A stretch of DNA of 64,000 nt from Rhodothermales bacterium (GTDB taxonomy: Bacteria; Bacteroidota; Rhodothermia; Rhodothermales; VXPQ01). Both the position numbers and the translations under genes were made by a program. The stretch covers positions 1,513,527 to 1,577,526 of the forward strand of contig OZ244993.1 of NCBI GenBank assembly GCA_965223485.1, read 5' to 3'. Positions 52,865 to 60,000 of the stretch are shown here, piece after piece (position 1 is the stretch's first letter; every line of letters begins with the position of its first letter). Below the pieces are notes generated by a model, which was not told the DNA's origin, did no database searches, and was given only the letters and a program-made list of their open reading frames with translations.

Positions 52865-55800
52865 ATGAAGCATTTCAACAAGGCCGCCGAGGACTATTTC
52901 ATTGAGTTGGCGAGATTACGGGCATCGGGCGCCGGGACCGGGGAACGATCAAGCTATACGGCGCTTGCGACGTTGCTGAACGCCATCGGCGCGACGCTCA
53001 AGCCCAAGGTGTTCTGCGTACAGGAACCTGCGGATCAGGGTGCGGGGCATCCTGATTTTGCCCTCTTTTCGGCCAGACAGATACAAAAGGGACGGCCTAA
53101 AAAAGGGCAAGTACCCGAGCGAGGAGTGGTCGAAGTGAAAGGCCCCGATAAGAACCCTTGGCTAATAGCCGAGGGTTCGCAAGTTGCCAGTTACTGGGAT
53201 CGCTATCGTCTGGTTCTGGTCACCAATACGTACGAATTCGTATTGGTAGGCGAAGACAGCGCAGGACAACGAAAAACTATTGAGGCTTTTGCGCTGGCTG
53301 GCAGCGAGGACGAGTTCAACCGGTTGCTTGGAACTCCCCGGGCCTTCGCTCGCAAAGCAGGCGTAGGACTCGGAGAATATCTTGCCCGGGCACTATCGCA
53401 CCGGGCGCATATTGTTGAGCCGAAGGATTTGGCATGGTTACTTGCCTCGTATGCTCGCGATGCGTTGAGGCGGGTAGAATCGGCGGGAGATACGTCGGCG
53501 CTTGTATCGATTCGCTCAGCCTTGGAAGAGGCGCTGGGCATACAGTTTGAAGATGAGCGTGGCGAGCACTTTTTCCGATCAACCCTTATCCAAACATTGT
53601 TTTATGGTGTCTTCTCTGCCTGGGTGTTGTGGGCGCGGCAAAAGAAGCGGCCTACCGGAGCATTTAATTGGCACGAAGCGGTCTGGCATTTACGCACACC
53701 TGTACTCGAGGCCTTGTTTCGGCAGTTGTCCAGTCGAACGCATTTGCAATCGCTGAATCTTGTAGAAGTACTTGACTGGACGGCGGCTGCACTGGATCGC
53801 GTAGCACGGGATGAATTCCTGGCTCGCTTTGGGGAGGGCGAGGCCGTCCCGTATTTCTACGAGCCGTTTCTCGAAGCCTTCGATCCCAAGCTGCGCAAAC
53901 AGTTGGGCGTCTGGTACACGCCCACCGATGTAGTGCGCTACATGGTTGCACGGGTAGACAAGGCGCTCAAGGACGATCTCGACATTGCCGAGGGGCTGGC
54001 TGCGGAAAATGTCTATGTGCTGGATCCGTGCTGCGGCACCGGAGCCTATCTGGCGGAAGTGCTGCGTCGCATCGCTACCAATCTGGAAAATCGGGGCTTG
54101 GGTGCGCTTACTGGTGCACGGGTCAAGCAGGCGGCGACCGAGCGCGTATTCGGTTTTGAGATCATGCCCGCACCTTTTGTCGTGGCGCATTTACAGGTAG
54201 GTCTGACCATGCAGGAGTTGGATGCGCCGCTTGCCGATGACGCCAACGAACGTCCTGGTGTATTTCTCACCAACGCGTTAACAGGTTGGGAGCCGCATGC
54301 AACGAAGCCGAAACCCATTGCTTTTCCGGAACTGGAGGAGGAACGTGAACGGGCCGAAAATGTGAAGCGGAAAGCCCCAATACTGGTGATTTTGGGTAAT
54401 CCGCCCTACAACGGTTTCGCGGGCATGGCTGTGGAGGAAGAGCGTACGTTGTCCGATGCCTACCGGATAACCAATCGCGTGCGGCGCCCCGAAGGCCAAG
54501 GATTGAATGATCTCTATGTGCGTTTCTTCTGCATGGCGGAGCGCCGCATTCGTAAAGACCGGGGAGTGGTTTGCTTCATTTCCAACTATTCCTGGCTGGC
54601 TGGATTGTCCTTCACGGGAATGCGGGAGCGTTTTCTGGATGTGTTCGATGCGATACGGATCGATAATCTACATGGCGACCGCCGAATATCAGAATATGCA
54701 CCCGATGGGCGAACCAGCGAAACGATTTTCGCGATTCAAGGACAATCGCCCGGTATCAAGGTCGGAACAAGCATCGCTCTGCTTTCCAGATCGGGAGCTG
54801 CTATTAATACTTCAGTAAGTGGATGCGTCCAGTATCGAGATTTCCATCAGGCGAAAGCTGATGAAAGGCGGCAAGCACTGTTGAAGAGTCTTGACACTTC
54901 CGAGATTGATGCTGGCTATGAGAGATTGGAACCTGATTTGCGACTGGGATTGCCGTTCAAGCCGACACCAGTGAGCGAAGACTGGTTCGACTGGCCGGCG
55001 CTGCCGGATCTGTTTCGGGAGTCGTTTCCGGGCGTCAAGAGTGGCCGGGATCCGTTTGTTGTCGATATTGATTTGAACCGTCTGAAGGGACGGATCGAGG
55101 ACTATTTTGATGCAAATCTGAGCCATGAGGAGATTAGACGCCGCTATCCAACTGCAATGCGCAACCCGCGAGAGTACGATGCTCGCACCGTACGGGACAC
55201 GCTTCTCATGCACAGTGGTCCTACAGACAGTGGTTTTCTCCGCTATGCCTTTCGTCCCTTTGACAACCGTTGGCTTTATTGGGAGGATAGAGCCAAACTG
55301 GTTGATCGCCCACGTCCAGAATACAAGCCGCATGTGTTTGAGGGGAATATGTGGTTGTCAACTGCACAGCACCTTCGGAAGGGCGAGCAAGAACCGCAGA
55401 CGTATTGCACGGGATATATCGCTTCTCTACACCTTATAGAGCGTGGCGCCAACATGTTTTCCGCCTATCTACGAGGCGACGATTTCGGGACCGGCGGCAA
55501 CGGAGGAATAGAGCGCCGTCCCAATCTGTCCTATATCGCGCAACGTTATCTGCAACGTCTCGGTATGGGGGTAGAAGACCTTTTCCATCACGTTCTCGCC
55601 ATCCTTCACGATCCGGCTTACCGGGAAGCCAATGCCGGAGCGCTCAGGATGGAATGGCCGCGTATCCCGCTATTGGACTGGCCCGACGGAAATGCCGCTG
55701 ACGCGGCGAAAATGCTTGTTGCATCGGCGGCACGCGGGCGCGAATTGGCCCGACTGCTTGATACCGACACACCGGTTCGGGGTGTTACCCACGGCGCGTT

Positions 55801-56227
55801 GCGCCCGGAGATCGCTGCCCTCGCTGTGCCCGCCACTACCGGTGGCCATAACATGACCGGAGACGACTTTGCCCTGACAATGGGTTGGGGGCATTTCGGA
55901 CAAGGCAGCGTCGTGATGCCCGGCTCGGGCCGTACTACCGAACGGCCTTATACGCCGGAAGAGCGCGCCGCTCTTGGAGATACTGTCGTAGCGTTCAACG
56001 AATCAACCTTTGATATCTACCTGAACCACCACGCCTATTGGCGCAACGTTCCCGCTTCTGTATGGAACTACAAATTGGGCGGCTACCAAGTACTGAAGAA
56101 ATGGCTTTCCTACCGGGAACAGGATGTCCTTGACCGCCCCTTAAAACCACAAGAGGTTCAGCACTTTACCGATACAGCACGGCGGATCGCGGCCATAATA
56201 CTGCTCACGTCATCTTCCCTTTCGTAA
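52865..56227 (+). CDS. fused PD-(D/E)xK-like nuclease / gamma-class N6-adenine DNA methyltransferase / target-recognition protein (Type IIG / helicase-less Type ISP-like)
   Basis: N-terminal GHPDFALFS...RGVVEVKGP. MTase motif I VLDPCCGTGAYL and motif IV LGNPPYNG. C-terminal VWNYKLGGYQVLKKWLSYRE box as in Type ISP/YeeA-like enzymes. No Walker A or DEAH motifs seen. Confidence 0.75.
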   Translation: MKHFNKAAEDYFIELARLRASGAGTGERSSYTALATLLNAIGATLKPKVFCVQEPADQGAGHPDFALFSARQIQKGRPKKGQVPERGVVEVKGPDKNPWLIAEGSQVASYWDRYRLVLVTNTYEFVLVGEDSAGQRKTIEAFALAGSEDEFNRLLGTPRAFARKAGVGLGEYLARALSHRAHIVEPKDLAWLLASYARDALRRVESAGDTSALVSIRSALEEALGIQFEDERGEHFFRSTLIQTLFYGVFSAWVLWARQKKRPTGAFNWHEAVWHLRTPVLEALFRQLSSRTHLQSLNLVEVLDWTAAALDRVARDEFLARFGEGEAVPYFYEPFLEAFDPKLRKQLGVWYTPTDVVRYMVARVDKALKDDLDIAEGLAAENVYVLDPCCGTGAYLAEVLRRIATNLENRGLGALTGARVKQAATERVFGFEIMPAPFVVAHLQVGLTMQELDAPLADDANERPGVFLTNALTGWEPHATKPKPIAFPELEEERERAENVKRKAPILVILGNPPYNGFAGMAVEEERTLSDAYRITNRVRRPEGQGLNDLYVRFFCMAERRIRKDRGVVCFISNYSWLAGLSFTGMRERFLDVFDAIRIDNLHGDRRISEYAPDGRTSETIFAIQGQSPGIKVGTSIALLSRSGAAINTSVSGCVQYRDFHQAKADERRQALLKSLDTSEIDAGYERLEPDLRLGLPFKPTPVSEDWFDWPALPDLFRESFPGVKSGRDPFVVDIDLNRLKGRIEDYFDANLSHEEIRRRYPTAMRNPREYDARTVRDTLLMHSGPTDSGFLRYAFRPFDNRWLYWEDRAKLVDRPRPEYKPHVFEGNMWLSTAQHLRKGEQEPQTYCTGYIASLHLIERGANMFSAYLRGDDFGTGGNGGIERRPNLSYIAQRYLQRLGMGVEDLFHHVLAILHDPAYREANAGALRMEWPRIPLLDWPDGNAADAAKMLVASAARGRELARLLDTDTPVRGVTHGALRPEIAALAVPATTGGHNMTGDDFALTMGWGHFGQGSVVMPGSGRTTERPYTPEERAALGDTVVAFNESTFDIYLNHHAYWRNVPASVWNYKLGGYQVLKKWLSYREQDVLDRPLKPQEVQHFTDTARRIAAIILLTSSSLS

Positions 56228-56276
56228 GCCACTTGACATTGACCACACTACTGTAAAGCCGTGTGAATTGCAAGGC

Positions 56277-56423
56277 TTACTTCTTTTTAGGCGGAGGAGG
56301 AGGTGGTGGAGGTGGTTTTATCGCAACAGTGGCTTCGGGAGGTGGGGGGCCTGCTCCGAAATCTGTACTTTCTGAAGCATCGGAAGATTTTGGATTCGCA
56401 GGATGTTTTTGTTTATTTGCCAT
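56277..56423 (-). CDS. micro-ORF A (48 aa) ending in K-P9-KKK
   Basis: Hand translation gives MANKQKHPANPKSSDASESTDFGAGPPPPEATVAIKPPPPPPPPPKKK-stop. The ATG lies 3 nt after the stop of the membrane-protein gene. It is a paralogue of micro-ORF B. Confidence 0.5.
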   Translation of the reverse strand: MANKQKHPANPKSSDASESTDFGAGPPPPEATVAIKPPPPPPPPPKKK

Positions 56424-56592
56424 TAGCTACTCCGCAGATTGTTCTTGTTTTACGGGCACTTGGGGAAGGAACTCCACCATTTCGACTTCCGAGACGGAGA
56501 CAAGAATAGCGGTGACCCCCGTTATTGGTTTTCTCTTATTCCCTACTAGCCATTCGCCTTCTTCAATCAGAAAATGACCTTCTTTGGGACGA

Positions 56593-57543
56593 CTAGGTGT
56601 GTAAACCCACCACGTTGTTCAGTGGAATATTGAGGGATTGGATAGGCGTTTGGTATTCCAAGCTGGCGTGTGGTCGATGCCAATTGTATCGGTGCAGCCA
56701 GCGGGGGAGGTACTCGCCGCGCTGTCCGGAGTTGTCGTAGGCGCGTGCATAGGCCCATTCGCGCAGCGCGGTTTGGATGAAGCGTTCGGCTTTGCCGTTG
56801 GTTCGCGGGGTATAGGGCCGCGTTCGGATGTGTTTCATTTTGAGTTGTCGGCACAGTTTTGCGAAGCGTTTCGAGCGGTAGCAGGAGCCGTTGTCGGTCA
56901 TGACGCGGGTGAAGGCGACTCCGAGTGTTCGGAAGTAGCGCAGGGTGTCGACGAGCGCGCTACAGGCGCTTAGAGCGGTCTCGCCGGGCTGGATGCAAGC
57001 GAAGCTCACTCGCGAATGATCGTCGATGGCCACATGCACGTATTCCCATCCGGCTCCTGCGGAGTTCTTTCGTCGGTTACCGGTGACCCGATGGCCCGGA
57101 CGCACGAAACGCCCCAGCCGCTTTACGTCCAGGTGCAGCAGGTCGCCCGGATTCGGGTAGACATAACGGCAAGACGCAACCGGAGGGTCCAGATGGGACA
57201 ATCGGTTCAATCCGGCTTGCTGGGCTATCCGGGCCACTGTGCTGTGCGCCACCGCGGTTCTTCGGCTAATCTCGCGATAGGTGCATCGGGCGCGGCGAAG
57301 GGCCAGGATTGTCTCCCGTTGCGCCTCCGAGGTGCGATGCGGGCAGTTGACAGGACGCGAAGAACCGTCCCGGAGACCTTCTCGTCCCTGCGCGCGATAC
57401 CGGGCCAGCCACTTGTAGGCCGTGCGTACGCTGACCCCTGAGGCCTGCGCGGCTTCCTCGACGCGAAGCCCCTCGTTAACGATGCGGCAAACCAGAATCT
57501 CTCGACCTTTCGGCGTCAATCGGGCATTCTTGTGAATCTTCAT
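56593..57543 (-). CDS. IS481-family transposase
   Basis: MKIHKNARLTPKGREILV... is the HTH N-terminus. The rve integrase core shows the DDE context (LHLDVK, HVAIDDHSR, TDNGSCYRS) and ends YNWHRPHASL. The stop codon lies in the target duplication. Confidence 0.9.
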   Translation of the reverse strand: MKIHKNARLTPKGREILVCRIVNEGLRVEEAAQASGVSVRTAYKWLARYRAQGREGLRDGSSRPVNCPHRTSEAQRETILALRRARCTYREISRRTAVAHSTVARIAQQAGLNRLSHLDPPVASCRYVYPNPGDLLHLDVKRLGRFVRPGHRVTGNRRKNSAGAGWEYVHVAIDDHSRVSFACIQPGETALSACSALVDTLRYFRTLGVAFTRVMTDNGSCYRSKRFAKLCRQLKMKHIRTRPYTPRTNGKAERFIQTALREWAYARAYDNSGQRGEYLPRWLHRYNWHRPHASLEYQTPIQSLNIPLNNVVGLHT

Positions 57544-57628
57544 TCGGCGCTCTCCTTGACTTTCAGTTCGGATATCCCTAATAAATTCGGGCGTCAGGAT
57601 CAAATGAACAACCTATTGAGAGGTCACA
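56598..57628 (-). mobile_element. IS481-family insertion sequence (about 1031 bp) with 6-bp target duplication ACTAGG
   Basis: Imperfect terminal inverted repeats start TGTGTAAACC... (left) and TGTGACCTC... (right, reverse complement). ACTAGG is present at 56592-56597 and 57629-57634, matching the NCTAGN target of IS481. Confidence 0.85.
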
Positions 57629-58196
57629 ACTAGGCCATTCTGTAGGCCAGCCATAAAGACGTCTTCCGCCATTCAGATGTAACACAACGTAGCAATTCGA
57701 AAGCCTGGAGAAGGCAGAATACCATTCCGATGGGTAGGAAGTCTCTTTGGTAAAATTCCAATTTCGAAGACGACAATGGATTGTATCATTATTCATAAGA
57801 TAGACAGTTGACAGACCGAGTATTATGGCAAAAATAAATGATACAGAAAATACCAAAGATGTGTTCCATGAATCTATTTCAGTTATAGTACCAAGGATCC
57901 AATCAATTATAGTACCGATAACCCAAAACATAGTAGATATAATTATAGTAAAAATAGCAGCTTGGATAATTTGTTCGAATTCACTAGGTCGTGGATGTGA
58001 AGTGAATAAATAAAAAACACTAACAGTCACAAATCCCGGTAAAATAAACAACAAGAATTTTATAGATTCTTCGGAAAATAACCAATCCATATTTTTGTCC
58101 AATATTTTATATCATTATAATGCTAACTAATCTGAAATCGACATTGGTGATCAAATACGATGCTGTTTTCTCTATCACTGCGTAGATGACACACCT

Positions 58197-58334
58197 TTAT
58201 TTCTTCGCCGGCGGCGGCGGCGGCGGCGGCGGTGGCGGCTTTGTCGTATTAGCATTGTTATGTGATAAACCTCTGGTCGAAGTGCTTTCTGTAATCGGTT
58301 GACGGCCAGGAGGAGGATTTTGTTCTTTAGCCAT
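58197..58334 (-). CDS. micro-ORF B (45 aa) ending in K-P9-AKK
   Basis: Hand translation gives MAKEQNPPPGRQPITESTSTRGLSQHNNANTTKPPPPPPPPPAKK-stop. It ends about 94 nt upstream of the membrane-protein start. Confidence 0.5.
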   Translation of the reverse strand: MAKEQNPPPGRQPITESTSTRGLSHNNANTTKPPPPPPPPPPAKK

Positions 58335-58603
58335 GATGTCTACTTTTTTGGATTTTGAGAATATGCGCCCGCTTCCTTAGCCATGTTTCCATTGCCAGTC
58401 GCAACGAGTTATAGCTAATGTGCTCCTGAGCTGGTTCCTTTAAAAAAAAATTCTTTTCGGAGCATTTCCTCACCCGGAACCACGCTTGCCCTGCTCCGTC
58501 CCAAGCCTCATCATACCGTTGCCTATCCCATTCTGCCGGCCTGCGGTATGACCGGGGATAGGGCGCCGCAGAGAAAACGTATACGCAATGTAGAGGAAGT
58601 TCG

Positions 58604-59719
58604 ATGCCGCCCGTACACTACCAGCAAGGAGGATTTCCGCCCGAAGATCGGCTGGACTGGCCGAAATTAATCCCGCTGATCGGCCCCGCTGCCGCTGCCG
58701 TTGCGCGTTATGACGGAGTACTTGCAGCTATCCCGAACCCCGATGTGTTGCTGTCGCCGCTGACCACGCAAGAGGCAGTGCTGTCGTCTAAAATCGAAGG
58801 CACGCGGGCCACGATAGGCGAAGTCCTGGAGTTCGAGGCCGGGCAAAAGGTGGATTCGCCGGAACTCCGCAACGACATCGAAGAAATCCTCAACTATCGC
58901 GTGGCTATGCGCGGTGCGGCGAAGATGTTGCAGGAGTTGCTCCTCTCAATGCGGGTTGTTCTTGAGGCGCATCGGGTGTTGCTGGACGGGGTCCGTGGCC
59001 GCAACAAGGGGCCCGGCGAACTGCGGCGCATTCCCAACTGGATCGGAAGACCTGGATCCACGATGGAGAACGCTACCTATGTTCCCATCGGCGCAGATCA
59101 ATTACCCGAGGCTATGTCCCGGTGGGAACGCTATATCCACGAGGATGCGCCGGATCGGCTCATTCAACTCGCCATCCTGCATGCGGAATTCGAGGCGCTG
59201 CATCCGTTTCTGGACGGCAACGGGCGCTTGGGGCGTATGCTGGTACCGCTGTTTCTATGGCAACATAGCCTTATTCGCCAACCTGTGTTCTATATCAGCG
59301 GTTACTTCGAGGCGCGACGGGAAAGTTATTATGAAGGACTGCTTGCGATTTCTCGCGACGACAATTGGACAGGCTGGTGCCAACTGTTCCTTGAGGCGGT
59401 GCGATTTCAGGCGGAAGATAACTTGACGAAGGCGCAGGGAATTCTTGACCTGTATGAGAAAACGACACGGCGACTTAATGTCCTTACCCGTTCTCCGAAC
59501 GCCATGGATGCTTTGCGCTGGTTGTTCGGACGCCCCATTTTCAGGAGTGCGGACTTTGCTGCGACTGCGGGTCTGCCGAGGCGGACGGCACAGCGACTGC
59601 TTGGCGTGTTGCATGAGGAAGGTATCCTGCGGCAAATCACTACGGGCAACGGTAGGCGGGCAACCATTTTTGGTTTTCCGGCCCTTCTGAACCTTGCAGA
59701 AGGGCGAAAGGTGCTCTGA
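58604..59719 (+). CDS. Fic-family protein (DUF4172-type N-terminus, Fic core, C-terminal wHTH)
   Basis: Fic motif HPFLDGNGRLGRM. An inhibitory-helix-like SSKIEGT (S-x-x-x-E-G) lies upstream of the core. Confidence 0.9.
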   Translation: MPPVHYQQGGFPPEDRLDWPKLIPLIGPAAAAVARYDGVLAAIPNPDVLLSPLTTQEAVLSSKIEGTRATIGEVLEFEAGQKVDSPELRNDIEEILNYRVAMRGAAKMLQELLLSMRVVLEAHRVLLDGVRGRNKGPGELRRIPNWIGRPGSTMENATYVPIGADQLPEAMSRWERYIHEDAPDRLIQLAILHAEFEALHPFLDGNGRLGRMLVPLFLWQHSLIRQPVFYISGYFEARRESYYEGLLAISRDDNWTGWCQLFLEAVRFQAEDNLTKAQGILDLYEKTTRRLNVLTRSPNAMDALRWLFGRPIFRSADFAATAGLPRRTAQRLLGVLHEEGILRQITTGNGRRATIFGFPALLNLAEGRKVL

Positions 59720-59722
59720 TGC

Positions 59723-59940
59723 GTGTGCGCGGCATCCACATCTTGCGCCATATCTGCGATGTATTGGCGCTCTCAATATTCTTATGTGCCACACATGGCG
59801 CATAAATTTGCCACTACGCCAAAAAATACATTTTGTGGCGTGCAAAATCATTTGCGCGACACATGTGGCGCATTAATTTCGTTACGTGCCAAATTATATG
59901 ATTTTTGGCGCAAGGGCCCATTTGCCGGACACTTGTGACC
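59723..59940. repeat. AT-rich repeat-laden spacer with reiterated TGGCGC/GCGCCA and GTGCCA motifs
   Basis: Two imperfect about 62-bp units begin GTGCCACACATGGCGCATAAATTT (about 59783) and GCGCGACACATGTGGCGCATTAATTT (about 59845). There are further TTGGCGC copies on both sides. Confidence 0.6.
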
Positions 59941-60000
59941 GTCAAACCGTTTTATCGGTCACCTTCCGCCTGATCTGTCCTGAAACCCTCATCCGTTATT

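Larger units (their letters stand above)
56427..58102 (-). pseudogene. 3-TM membrane protein gene (DUF6338-like, about 212 aa when restored) split by an IS481-family element
   Basis: 5' part 58102-57635 (MDKNMDWLF...YGWPTEWPS) and 3' part 56591-56427 (RPKEGHFLIEEGEWLVGNKRKPITGVTAILVSVSEVEMVEFLPQVPVKQEQSAE-stop) join in frame once the IS and one TSD copy are removed. The DNA is very AT-rich. Confidence 0.75.

Noticed and set aside
52865-56227. BREX PglX interpretation of the 1120-aa methyltransferase
   Set aside because: No pglZ, brxC, brxL or other BREX partners occur in the window. The C-terminal GGYQVLKKWLSYRE box and the N-terminal PD-ExK-like motif fit Type ISP/IIG-like enzymes better. 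A database comparison is needed to settle it.
56263-56577. 104-aa plus-strand ORF with a G9 run (MNCKAYFFLGGGGGGGGGF...)
   Set aside because: It is the complement of micro-ORF A and of the 3' part of the membrane gene. The minus-strand reading joins in frame across the IS481 target duplication and has a paralogue (micro-ORF B) with the same peptide ending but different codons. The poly-Gly frame is therefore the shadow.
58207-58235. (GGC)n tract as a non-coding trinucleotide microsatellite
   Set aside because: The paralogous locus at 56289-56315 encodes the same nine prolines with CCA/CCT codons, and both are flanked by Lys codons and a stop in the same register. This points to peptide-level conservation rather than DNA slippage alone. 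It remains unproven without comparative data.
51747-59960. att-like direct repeats flanking the AT-rich island
   Set aside because: Only a 7-nt match (GCCTGAT at about 51749 and about 59968) was seen at the two borders. That is too short to distinguish from chance.
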